Source of the DNA: Candidatus Omnitrophota bacterium
Lineage (GTDB): Bacteria > Omnitrophota > Gorgyraeia > JABMSB01
Length of the DNA stretch: 64,000 nt
Assembly (NCBI GenBank): GCA_013202205.1
Contig: JABMSB010000028.1
Location: forward strand, 19,370-83,369
Direction of reading: 5' to 3'
Position numbers and translations under genes: made by a program. A model generated the notes under the pieces. The model worked only from the letters and a program-made list of their open reading frames with translations. It had not been told where the DNA came from and made no database searches. This document shows, in pieces, positions 30,748 to 40,187 of the stretch (positions are counted from its first letter, which is position 1; each line of letters starts with the position of its first letter).

Positions 30748-32769
30748 TTACCTTTGGCGCCAATAAAGAATAGAGGTCTTATCCAAATATGTTATAGTAA
30801 CATCTTCCAGCACAGGCGTCTCGCTGTAGTAAGGCATCTGGGGAGTAACATTGGCCGCGTTGTCAGCCGTCTGAAAATTGGCCCTGTATTGGATCGATGC
30901 ACTATTCGTATCCGGTATGGCATCATTTGAAGCAAGGTCCGCTGACCATGGCCCGCCCGTCTTCGTCTGGAGGAGGACCGTCTCTGAGGCGCCGCTTGCC
31001 GTATCCGGGATCGTTACCGTGTAGTGGATCGATCCCCACTCGACGACGCCGGAGTCGGAATATGGATTGAGTGCGGGATCTGTCAGATCGGTCGTATCCG
31101 ATATGTAATATCCTGTCTCAGGGATGATCCGTATATTATCCCAGGTTGTGGTGATATCGTCTTTACTTTCGAGGCGGATTGTATCTGCGCTCCATCCACT
31201 GGCCTGTCCACTGTGTTTTGGGACAACAAGAGATGTCGTGTCTCCACTACTGCTGTCTACGAGATAGATATGGTAATAAGTATCGACCTGGCTTGAGTCG
31301 AGGACTGCCCTATAATATTTATTGGGATAGTAGAATGCCTCGGCCGTATCGGTTACAGGGCTCTTTAACTCAACAACCCTTGTTGGCGCTGTCGATACCA
31401 GCTCAAGGTGGACCTCTGAATCACTTTCACTCTCTCGCAATCTAATGGCGCCATATTCGCCTTCCGTCTCTATCTCACTCTCGTGAAGTGTTAGGGAATA
31501 ATCTCCGAATTTCCAGTGCGTATCGTCTAATTTGGCCTTTTTGCCCTGAGCCAGTACGATAGAGCCGGCTATATCGTTGCCTGTGTCGCCATCAAACTCC
31601 CACGCGGCCTCGCTATATGCATCGTGGGCGTGGGCCGGATCCGGATCGAAATCATCCCAATATCCTAGCTTAAGCGAATTAGCTATTATGTCGTATCCTG
31701 GCGCTCCCCAATTTTGGTCGCTCCTTACAGGGCATGAATCGAGCCATGTAACATTCCGGTAATTACTCGAAACCGAGTTCTCAAATTGGGTGGCGGTTGT
31801 CTGGGTCCAGATATCGAATATCTTGACCACTGCTTCAACGGTTGCCTCTGCAACCTTCACCCCATTTTTACGCTCGATGACACCTGTTGAGGTTATGTGA
31901 TAATACCCGCCCGAATTAAAAGAGAATTCAGTTGTATAGTTGACCGGTTTTTGGCGATTGGGGTTGAAGTTGTTCTTTATGGCATCTGCCTCACCCGATG
32001 AGATAATCTCTGCAAGCTCCATCTTACCTATTGCGGTATCAAACTCGTCCCATCCCCTAAAAGGCCTATTCGCGTTTATAGCGCTTTCATCATCGGTTAC
32101 GATGGTTACAATAGTATTGGCTTTCTCTTTATCGATAGTGTCATTTAAACCTATCAGGAGGGCCTTCAAAACTTCTTCGGGGGCTGTATTTATGTTTATC
32201 GGGCTGCGATTGGTATTGGGGTCGATATAACCATGGACTGTTACGAAGTCCTTTATCTTATCAAAATCATCCTTCGTTATCACCTTCTTCAAATCCTCAA
32301 CTGTGAAATAAGGGCCTCCGCCTGTTATGGTATTGCCTATGGTCCCGTCGCTGGTGCCAACAATAGTTCCGAGATTATTGAGGATCACGCTTAGCTGTCC
32401 ATTGGCTGTATTCTCTATATTTATGAGGCGGCCACAATCGACTATGGTAGTCGTATATTTATAACCACTATATGGATATGCCGCACCCATAGCCTGATTA
32501 ATATAACCGCTATGCCAGGCCTCTAAAGCATCATCTACAAAGTTCATATTTGCATTCGCCTTTAGATCTACTATCGCTTTTGCAATGCCCGCCTCAGCAA
32601 TATACCGCGCCTTGACTAAGTCACGATAATTTACTGCGGCGTGGTACTCCAGCCTCGAATTGAGCGAGAAACTCGTCGCCAATATCGCCAGTATCGCTAA
32701 TATACCTATCGCGAGTATCAGGGCCACTCCCTTTTGATCTTGCTTTTTATAATATTTCTCTTTGGCCAT
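30748..32769 (-). CDS. Large GspK/PilX-like minor pseudopilin with C-terminal extension
   Basis: KG-VALILAIGILAILAIL (no E5), ARYIAEAGIAKA, INI, ININTAPEEVLKAL, then about 350 aa beta-rich region. Confidence 0.75.
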   Translation of the reverse strand: MAKEKYYKKQDQKGVALILAIGILAILAILATSFSLNSRLEYHAAVNYRDLVKARYIAEAGIAKAIVDLKANANMNFVDDALEAWHSGYINQAMGAAYPYSGYKYTTTIVDCGRLINIENTANGQLSVILNNLGTIVGTSDGTIGNTITGGGPYFTVEDLKKVITKDDFDKIKDFVTVHGYIDPNTNRSPININTAPEEVLKALLIGLNDTIDKEKANTIVTIVTDDESAINANRPFRGWDEFDTAIGKMELAEIISSGEADAIKNNFNPNRQKPVNYTTEFSFNSGGYYHITSTGVIERKNGVKVAEATVEAVVKIFDIWTQTTATQFENSVSSNYRNVTWLDSCPVRSDQNWGAPGYDIIANSLKLGYWDDFDPDPAHAHDAYSEAAWEFDGDTGNDIAGSIVLAQGKKAKLDDTHWKFGDYSLTLHESEIETEGEYGAIRLRESESDSEVHLELVSTAPTRVVELKSPVTDTAEAFYYPNKYYRAVLDSSQVDTYYHIYLVDSSSGDTTSLVVPKHSGQASGWSADTIRLESKDDITTTWDNIRIIPETGYYISDTTDLTDPALNPYSDSGVVEWGSIHYTVTIPDTASGASETVLLQTKTGGPWSADLASNDAIPDTNSASIQYRANFQTADNAANVTPQMPYYSETPVLEDVTITYLDKTSILYWRQR

Positions 32770-32775
32770 AAGACC

Positions 32776-33429
32776 TTAACTATTAGGCAGATGAATTGTT
32801 GTCGAGAATATCCGCTCCTGGGGGTTGTCGGCTACATCCTCTTTCACTCTTATCGTCACCTTGACCGCCCTGGGCAATGTTGCGGACGCGCTCGAATCCC
32901 ACGTATCGACCCAGGCTAAGGTCGCTTCATCAAAATATTTGAATTGCAGGTCGGTTATGTATGAAGCCATTGGATAAGATATGTCGAGCGCACCGTCATC
33001 AAACACAAAATCGTATGCGGCGCCATCGGTCGATCTGACATAATGGCGCATGAGCATATTGTCGCTTGCGCGAAGCCAGTATCCGACTTCACAGACATCC
33101 GAACCTGTTCCGTCCGATAACGGAGAAGCAACGAAGAAAAGCTCGTCTTTGGCAGTACCCGTCTTTATCCTCAGATCTGGAAGGATGGTATCATCAAAGG
33201 CCAGAAAATGTATGCTGCTTGATGATTCTATGAATACGCTTGAGAGGTCTCTGCTGATCCGATCAAGGGCCATGCGTCCATTCTGGTAGAGCATGAGCTT
33301 CGCCTCCATCTTTCTCCAGGAGTCTGTACTGATCCTGAATACCGTAAAGAGGCTCATGCTCAGTATGGCCAGTATCGCCATGACTATTGAGATCTCGACA
33401 AGGGTAAATCCGTTTCGTTTTGCCTTCAT
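32776..33429 (-). CDS. GspJ/PilW-like minor pseudopilin
   Basis: RNG-FTLVEISIV; EVGYWL; WVDTWD..LPRAVKVTI. Confidence 0.8.
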   Translation of the reverse strand: MKAKRNGFTLVEISIVMAILAILSMSLFTVFRISTDSWRKMEAKLMLYQNGRMALDRISRDLSSVFIESSSSIHFLAFDDTILPDLRIKTGTAKDELFFVASPLSDGTGSDVCEVGYWLRASDNMLMRHYVRSTDGAAYDFVFDDGALDISYPMASYITDLQFKYFDEATLAWVDTWDSSASATLPRAVKVTIRVKEDVADNPQERIFSTTIHLPNS

Positions 33430-33457
33430 AGTTTATCTCAAATGGTAATGATTGCTC

Positions 33458-33838
33458 TTATGGTTCGTACTTTGCTATATATGTGACCAGCTCGATACTC
33501 TTTTGGTTGCCTCTATTCCCCTGACTCCCGTCTTCGGCAGGCCACCATATCTGGACCTTGACATCCTTAAAACCCGAGAGCGCTGTTTCATCAACTGCAT
33601 AATCGTAATACGCGAAAGGCGGGGAGAATGTCCCGTCTGCGTCTAAGTTATCGGAATAGCTCCGCCTCTTAAGGTCCTCTATCGTGGTTTGCGCTAAAAG
33701 CGTCGCATTGGTATTAATACCGGCGCGCTTTGTAGCATCGAGCCCGACAGGAAATAGGGCAAGCATGCCCAAAAGCCCTGTGGTGAGTATGACAAGGGCA
33801 ATCACGGTCTCAATTAGCGTGAACGATCTCTTCTTCAT
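33458..33838 (-). CDS. GspI/PilV-like minor pseudopilin
   Basis: MKKRS-FTLIETVIALVIL; start at ATGA overlap with upstream gene. Confidence 0.78.
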   Translation of the reverse strand: MKKRSFTLIETVIALVILTTGLLGMLALFPVGLDATKRAGINTNATLLAQTTIEDLKRRSYSDNLDADGTFSPPFAYYDYAVDETALSGFKDVKVQIWWPAEDGSQGNRGNQKSIELVTYIAKYEP

Positions 33839-34281
33839 TTTATCTTGACGGTCCCTGTGGTAGCATATATATCTATCCACTTCTCGTTACCATTTTTGTG
33901 CCGTAGTATAATTTGACTATTTATCCCGCTCGTTAAAGCACCCCTGGGATTGAAGATTATTTTTGTCGTAGGAGAGACGGCCTGGAATGTCACAGCCTGC
34001 GGCAGCTTCTCTTTCTTCTCCGGGGTATCGGGAGTTAAGTTTTTTGCTATCCAATAGAGACCTGACCCGTCTAATTCGAACTTCACAAAATAGTCTTCAT
34101 TCCGCGTTATGGCGTAACTGCGGGCAACCCTCAGCGTACTCGTAATATCCCTTGAAGCCGATTCGAGCTTAGTCCTATTTAAATATTTGGCAAAGAAAGG
34201 AAAGGAGAAGGCCGAAACAAAGGCGATGATGACCAAAACGACCGTCGTCTCGATGAATGTAAACCCCTTAAGAGTCTTCAT
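33835..34281 (-). CDS. GspH/FimT-like minor pseudopilin
   Basis: MKTLKG-FTFIET; LRVARSYAI; IIFNPRG; TGTVKI. Confidence 0.8.
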   Translation of the reverse strand: MKTLKGFTFIETTVVLVIIAFVSAFSFPFFAKYLNRTKLESASRDITSTLRVARSYAITRNEDYFVKFELDGSGLYWIAKNLTPDTPEKKEKLPQAVTFQAVSPTTKIIFNPRGALTSGINSQIILRHKNGNEKWIDIYATTGTVKIK

Positions 34282-34288
34282 ATTTCGC

Positions 34289-34759
34289 CTACCAATTAGT
34301 GCTCCATTTGCTCTGTTCGGCATCCGTACCTTCCGGGCCGTAAGACCAGAGGTTGAAGCTATTCGTATTCCCGATCAATATAGGGCTTTCGACATACTGG
34401 TATTGGTTGCTCCATGGATCCATTATCTTTCCGCCGCTTATGTCAGCGGCGTTGAACTCCATGTATGGCCCCTGCCAGTCGTAATATCGCGAATGGGCGT
34501 CGGTGGTAAGCTCTAAATAGAGTTGGGCGTTACCATTGTTGGGGGATGCCATCGTAGCGCCATTACCTTCCGGATAGTCTCCCATGTCTGCATGATACAT
34601 TGAGATCGACAGCTCGAGCGATGAGATCATGGCGCGCGCCTTCGATACAAGCGCCTTCTTGCGCGCTATCTGCGCGGAACCCATTACGAGCGCGGCCAAC
34701 ATAGAGATGATTACAACAACGGCTATCAATTCTACCAATGTGAATGACCTTTTCTGCAT
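34289..34759 (-). CDS. GspG-like major pseudopilin
   Basis: KRS-FTLVEL; WQGPY..DPWSNQYQY..FNLWSYGPEG T2SS-G motif; C-terminal NW. Confidence 0.82.
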   Translation of the reverse strand: MQKRSFTLVELIAVVVIISMLAALVMGSAQIARKKALVSKARAMISSLELSISMYHADMGDYPEGNGATMASPNNGNAQLYLELTTDAHSRYYDWQGPYMEFNAADISGGKIMDPWSNQYQYVESPILIGNTNSFNLWSYGPEGTDAEQSKWSTNW

Positions 34760-34782
34760 CGAAACCTCCCTTGTATAACAGA

Positions 34783-36051
34783 TTAAATGCTCAATGCGGT
34801 AAGTAGCTTGATAAGCGGCAAGAACATCGCGACAACTATAAACCCTACTATAATTCCGATCGTAACAATAAGAATCGGCTCAAGCAGCGATGTCAATGCC
34901 GACACCGTAGCATCCACCTCGCCCTCATATACATCCGCGACCTTAGAGAGCATCTGCTCTAAAGAACCTGTCTCCTCTCCCACCTCTACCATATTAACGA
35001 CCATGGCCGAAAACACACCGCTGGCTTTAAGAGGGGCAGCCATAGATTCGCCTTCCCGTATAGATTCATATGTCATCGTCAATGCCCGTATTATCACTTC
35101 ATTGTCAAGAGTATCCTTCGTGATATCGAGGGCCTGGAGTATTGGCACACCGCTTGCTGTAAGCGTGCTCAATGTTCTCGAGAAGTTGGCTATCGACATC
35201 TTTCGCATAAGGACGCCGAATATGGGAATGTGTAATTTCGCCCTGTCGATATAAAATCTCATCCGCTTCATGCGGCTTAATATGTTATAAGTAACCGTTA
35301 TCGCGACCAGCACAGCAACACATATATACCACCTCTCCCGAAGAAAATCCGATACCGACATTAGTATCATGGTAGGCAAAGGAAGTGTCGCGCCTATCTC
35401 CGCAAAGAGCTCCATGAATTTGGGTATGATGAATGCTATGAGAAATACGAGTACGGAGACGGCAATAAAGACGACGAGTAAGGGATAGGTAAGTGCCGAT
35501 TTTATCTTCCCCTTTAACTTGTGGTTCTTCTCGGTGAAATCGGCCATTCTCTCAAGGACCACTTCCAGGACGCCTCCGGCCTCACCTGCCTTGACGGTAC
35601 TTACGAACATATTCGAGAAGACCTTAGGAAACTTTCCCAGGGCATCGCTAAAATTGGATCCACCCTCTATCTGGGCAAGGACACTCCTCATAACATCCTT
35701 GAGCATCCCGGGGCGCAGCTGGTCATGCAAGACACTGAGGCCGCGCACTAAAGGCAGTCCCGACGCTATCATCGTCGAAAGCTGTCTTGTAAGAACCATG
35801 ATATCCTTAGACCTTACAGTGCCTATCCCAAGAAATGGTATGGACATGCTCATGCTGAAGAAACGCCGCTCTTCCCCCTGGCCCTGGGGCGCAGCGACGC
35901 TTGTGGCACGCCCCTTCTTTTCGGATATCTGCGTGGGAAAACAACCGATACGGCGTATATGCGCGATCACTTCCGTGTCGCTGGCCGCATCGATCTCGCC
36001 CTTTACCTCTTTGCCTGACTTGTCAACCGCCTTATAAGCGTATTTAGCCAC
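34783..36051 (-). CDS. GspF/PilC inner-membrane platform protein
   Basis: RQLSTMIASGLP, AGEAGGVLE, SALTYP, SGVPIL, VGEETGSL, LLEP, AMFLP. Confidence 0.93.
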   Translation of the reverse strand: MAKYAYKAVDKSGKEVKGEIDAASDTEVIAHIRRIGCFPTQISEKKGRATSVAAPQGQGEERRFFSMSMSIPFLGIGTVRSKDIMVLTRQLSTMIASGLPLVRGLSVLHDQLRPGMLKDVMRSVLAQIEGGSNFSDALGKFPKVFSNMFVSTVKAGEAGGVLEVVLERMADFTEKNHKLKGKIKSALTYPLLVVFIAVSVLVFLIAFIIPKFMELFAEIGATLPLPTMILMSVSDFLRERWYICVAVLVAITVTYNILSRMKRMRFYIDRAKLHIPIFGVLMRKMSIANFSRTLSTLTASGVPILQALDITKDTLDNEVIIRALTMTYESIREGESMAAPLKASGVFSAMVVNMVEVGEETGSLEQMLSKVADVYEGEVDATVSALTSLLEPILIVTIGIIVGFIVVAMFLPLIKLLTALSI

Positions 36052-36064
36052 CGAACCTCACTCC

Positions 36065-37786
36065 TTAAACATACTGTTGCGTTTCCCGCGCAACCTCACT
36101 AATAGTGGTTATGCCCTGATGTACCTTCAGAAGGCCGTCTTCCCTTAATGACCGCATGCCTGAGTCTTTGGCCGCCTCCCTTATATGGGCAGTCTGGGAC
36201 CGTTTTACTATAAATGGCCTCAACTTATCTGTAATGATCAAAAATTCATATATACCCGTACGTCCTTTGTAACCCGACTTGTTGCACTGGACACATCCTT
36301 TACCCCTGAAGAAAGGCTTTTTGGCCTCCGGGTCTCCCGGCAAAATACCGGCCTCCTTCAACTCCTTGGTGGAAGGCTTATATTCTTCTTTGCAATTATT
36401 GCATATCACCCTAACCAATCTTTGGGCCAATACCGCCTCCAGTGTTGATGTTATGAGATAAGGCTCTATACCCATATTGATAAGGCGGGTTATCGCGCCC
36501 GGCGCATCATTAGTATGGAGCGTGGAAAAGACGAGATGGCCTGTCAGCGATGCCTGGATGGCTATCTGGGCGGTCTCTGCATCCCTTATCTCTCCCACCA
36601 TAATTATATCAGGGTCCTGCCGCAAGATGTGCCTTAAGCATGTTGCGAAGTTCAGGTTTATCTTGGATCTTATAGGAACCTGTATAATACCGGCTATATC
36701 ATATTCTACCGGATCTTCTGTCGTAATTATCTTATACTCTATCTTATTTATCTCCCTGAGACATGAATATAGAGTGGTCGTCTTGCCGCAACCCGTAGGA
36801 CCGGTGGAGAGGATTATACCGTTAGGCTTGGTGATTATCTTCTTTAAAGACTCCTTCATATCATCAGCAACGCCGACCTGGTCCAGAGAAAGGCTAACGA
36901 CACTCTTGTCCAATATCCTGACGACGACGCTCTCGCCAAAGACTGTTGGCAGCGTCGAAACACGCAGGTCTATACCTTTACCCTCTATGGTTAATGCTAT
37001 ACGGCCATCTTGAGGCAGGCGTCTCTCTGCTATATCAAGACTTGCCATGACCTTTATGCGGGATGTTATGGCAAGGCTAAGGTCCCGAGGAGGACTCGTT
37101 ATATTATATAGGATACCATCGACCCTGTAGCGGATCTTAAATTCATCTTCAAACGGTTCAAAATGTATATCGCTAGCCCTATCCCTTATCCCTTGAAGCA
37201 GGATCAGGTTCAAGAGACGAACGACCGGTTCATGGGATGCCAACTCCTGCAGAACAGATTCATCCGCTATCTCCCCTTCTGTCTCCAAAAGCCTTGGCAA
37301 TGGGACCTTCTTTTCTATCTCCCCCAATAACTCTTCTACAGATTCATCCCTGGAATCATAGTATTTATGCAGCGCGGAATCGATGTCTTTCTCTCTGGCT
37401 ATGACGGCTTTTATATTCTTGTTCAGCATGAATCTCAAATCATCGAGCGCGTTGATATTCATCGGATCGCTCATGGCGATCGTTATGCTCTCCCCGTCAA
37501 ACTTAACCGGCACAATGCGATATGTCTTTGCAAGTGGCGCTGAGAGCATATCTATGACAGCATCATCGAGCTCCATCTTATCGAGCTCGATAAACTCCAT
37601 GCCTGTCTGCGCGCCTAAGGCCTTGAGTATATCGTCTTCTTTGACAAATCCCATATCTACAAGGGTGCGCCCCAATAGATTGCCGCTCTGTTGCTGCTGT
37701 TCGAGAGCGCTCTTAAGCTGGTCTTCATTTACGAGACCCATGTCTAAAAGTAATTGTCCAAGCAGGCGATATTTACCCCTACCCAT
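36065..37786 (-). CDS. GspE/PilB assembly ATPase with MshEN-like N-terminus
   Basis: LGQLLLDMGLV repeat, ASDIHFEP, GPTGCGKTT, TEDPVE, LRQDPDIIMVGEIRD, TGHLVFSTLH, two CxxC. Confidence 0.93.
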   Translation of the reverse strand: MGRGKYRLLGQLLLDMGLVNEDQLKSALEQQQQSGNLLGRTLVDMGFVKEDDILKALGAQTGMEFIELDKMELDDAVIDMLSAPLAKTYRIVPVKFDGESITIAMSDPMNINALDDLRFMLNKNIKAVIAREKDIDSALHKYYDSRDESVEELLGEIEKKVPLPRLLETEGEIADESVLQELASHEPVVRLLNLILLQGIRDRASDIHFEPFEDEFKIRYRVDGILYNITSPPRDLSLAITSRIKVMASLDIAERRLPQDGRIALTIEGKGIDLRVSTLPTVFGESVVVRILDKSVVSLSLDQVGVADDMKESLKKIITKPNGIILSTGPTGCGKTTTLYSCLREINKIEYKIITTEDPVEYDIAGIIQVPIRSKINLNFATCLRHILRQDPDIIMVGEIRDAETAQIAIQASLTGHLVFSTLHTNDAPGAITRLINMGIEPYLITSTLEAVLAQRLVRVICNNCKEEYKPSTKELKEAGILPGDPEAKKPFFRGKGCVQCNKSGYKGRTGIYEFLIITDKLRPFIVKRSQTAHIREAAKDSGMRSLREDGLLKVHQGITTISEVARETQQYV

Positions 37787-37809
37787 AACCGATTGCCTTT
37801 CTCTTGCCC

Positions 37810-39510
37810 TTACATACTTTCTTCCTGCGTCACCCTGAGGACCTCTTGTATGCTTGTAAGGCCCCTGGTTGCTTTAATCAAACCATCCTCCCTCAGCGAC
37901 CTCATCCCGGCTTTGCATGCTTCTTTCCGCAATTCATTCGTCGGCACATTCTTCAATATTAACTCTCGCAGATTATCGTTCATGACAAGAATCTCAAAGA
38001 TGCTTATCCTGCCTAAGAACCCTGTAAAACTGCACCTCTCGCAACCTTCGCCCATGCGCAGGCCATTGCTCTTTGAAGCAAGGTTTGCTGATTCGAGCAC
38101 CATTATCTCTTCCTGCGAAGGCTTATATTCCTTCTTGCAGTGCGGGCATATCAGACGGACCAACCTCTGCGCAAGCGCTGCCTGCAGACTCGATGCTATC
38201 ATGTATGTCTTGATCCCCATATCTATCAATCGTGTCACGGCGCCGGGCGCATCGTTGGTATGCAGGGTAGAGAATACGAGATGTCCGGTCAATGCGGCCT
38301 GTATGGCTATCTGGGCCGTCTCGTTATCTCTTATCTCACCCACCATTATCACATCAGGCGCCTGTCTCAGTATCGACCTGAGGCCTTTGGCAAATGTGAG
38401 GCCTATCTGGGGTCGGACCTGCACCTGATTAACCCCGCTGAGCTGGTACTCTACAGGCTCCTCGACGGTTATAAGCTTTCTATCGGGTTTATTGATATAG
38501 TTGAGAGAGGCGTATAACGTCGTTGTCTTGCCGGATCCGGTAGGTCCTGTATCAAGTAATATGCCATGGGGCAATTTAATCAGTGCCTTGAATCTCTCCT
38601 CATCATCCTCTAAAAAACCCAATTCTTTTAGTCCCAGCGCAAAATTCGACTTATCGAGTAGGCGCATAACGACACTCTCGCCATATACTGCCGGAAGGGT
38701 CGATACCCTGAGGTCAAGCTCCTTACCCTGAAGCGCGAATCTTATCCTGCCATCCTGAGGGAGGCGTTTTTCGGCGAGATTCATCCCTGCCATCAATTTT
38801 ATCCTGCTGATAACAGAACCCTGAAGGCGTTTTGGCGGACCGGGGACCTCGTGCAACACACCGTCTATCCTATAGCGTATCCTGAACTTACCCTCAAGAG
38901 GTTCGGCGTGTATGTCACTGGCGCGGGCGCGTACGGCTTCCATTATAAGAAGGCTGACGAGTTTGATGATAGGCGCCTCTTCCTCTTCGTGGGGAGTCGA
39001 TTCGGCTTCCCTGGCAGCGCTCTTAGCCTCCGCATCGCTTACCTCAAGGCTCTCAACGACATTATCTATCGCCTCTTCCTTCAGGCCATAATAATGTTCA
39101 AGACAATGGTCTAACTCTGCCTTGGAAGATATGACAATATCGATCTGACGCTTCAATTGTTCCCCCAGGTTTTCGATGACGAGGAGGTTCAATATATCGT
39201 CTGTGGCCAGCGTAAGGAGATCTCCCTCCAACTTTGTGGGAACGAGCCTATGTTTTATGGCTATAAGTGGCGGTAGTATGCTGATGACCTCCTGCGGGAT
39301 CTTCAGGTTCGCCATCACCTCCGGAACAATACCTGAATGGGATGCGATTACATCGTTGAGATTTTCACCGCTTATAAACCCTAAGCGTTTCAGTATGTCA
39401 GAGAACCTCTCCCTGGTGCGGTGCTGCTCCTCTAAGGCCTGCTTGAGCTGCTTCTCTGTAAGAAGGCCTATGGACTTTACCACATCCCTTATTCTCTTCT
39501 CTTTTTTCAT
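37810..39510 (-). CDS. Second GspE/PilB assembly ATPase
   Basis: ASDIHAEP, GPTGSGKTT, LRQAPDVIMVGEIRD, TGHLVFSTLHTND, CPHC..CERC. Confidence 0.93.
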   Translation of the reverse strand: MKKEKRIRDVVKSIGLLTEKQLKQALEEQHRTRERFSDILKRLGFISGENLNDVIASHSGIVPEVMANLKIPQEVISILPPLIAIKHRLVPTKLEGDLLTLATDDILNLLVIENLGEQLKRQIDIVISSKAELDHCLEHYYGLKEEAIDNVVESLEVSDAEAKSAAREAESTPHEEEEAPIIKLVSLLIMEAVRARASDIHAEPLEGKFRIRYRIDGVLHEVPGPPKRLQGSVISRIKLMAGMNLAEKRLPQDGRIRFALQGKELDLRVSTLPAVYGESVVMRLLDKSNFALGLKELGFLEDDEERFKALIKLPHGILLDTGPTGSGKTTTLYASLNYINKPDRKLITVEEPVEYQLSGVNQVQVRPQIGLTFAKGLRSILRQAPDVIMVGEIRDNETAQIAIQAALTGHLVFSTLHTNDAPGAVTRLIDMGIKTYMIASSLQAALAQRLVRLICPHCKKEYKPSQEEIMVLESANLASKSNGLRMGEGCERCSFTGFLGRISIFEILVMNDNLRELILKNVPTNELRKEACKAGMRSLREDGLIKATRGLTSIQEVLRVTQEESM

Positions 39511-39530
39511 GGTGTAAATCTCTTATTATA

Positions 39531-39556
39531 GTGGCGCAGGCTTAAGCCTGCGCCAC
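39531..39556. repeat. Perfect 26-bp palindrome (REP-like element or operator)
   Basis: gtggcgcaggcttaagcctgcgccac is its own reverse complement; lies in a 50-bp intergenic gap. Confidence 0.85.
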
Positions 39557-39560
39557 ATAG

Positions 39561-40160
39561 TTATGCAGATCTCGTTTTACAATCGCTTAAAGCTTCTATG
39601 CCCTTCAGATCTCCCCTTATCTTGGATAAGGTCGTCTTGAGCTGGGCGGGATTTTTACCGCTGCCGAAGTCTTTCTCCAGCCTTTCCAGTTCGACCTTGA
39701 TCAGTTCTGCCGACTTCCTGCCGCTGCCTATAACCGCACTCAGTTTCAGCGTCATCTCATTTATGGCCGCGGCAATCTCCTTCAGCTCATCCCTCTTCCT
39801 TAGGTGGATCTCTTTGCTAAAATCCCCTTTTGCAACAACCTCTCTTAAGAACCTCGCTATGTGGAATGACGGACCGGCGACCCTGTGTGAGAAGAGGATC
39901 CCGAAGATAATAACCACCGGGATCAAAAAGACCAAGCGCTGCATCAGGATCATGTTCGCGGTCTTCAGCATGTATAGAAGCTCTCCCTGCGGGTAGATAC
40001 CTTGGAGGCGGCTGGCCAAAAATCTGAAGCTCGTGTGATATACCGTATAGATCGAGACCGCCCCTACAACGAGTATGAATAATAGCACCTGGAACGTAAA
40101 CTTGTACTGGAATAGGCCCTTCATCAAATATTTTGTTCGCATCTTATGGCTCTTGCTCAT
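39561..40160 (-). CDS. Two-TM HAMP-domain membrane protein without output domain
   Basis: Two hydrophobic segments, SHRVAGP..GDFSKEIHLRKRDELKEIAAAINEM, short coiled coil. Confidence 0.7.
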   Translation of the reverse strand: MSKSHKMRTKYLMKGLFQYKFTFQVLLFILVVGAVSIYTVYHTSFRFLASRLQGIYPQGELLYMLKTANMILMQRLVFLIPVVIIFGILFSHRVAGPSFHIARFLREVVAKGDFSKEIHLRKRDELKEIAAAINEMTLKLSAVIGSGRKSAELIKVELERLEKDFGSGKNPAQLKTTLSKIRGDLKGIEALSDCKTRSA

Positions 40161-40187
40161 GATATACTCCTCCCTGATTTAAGAGAC

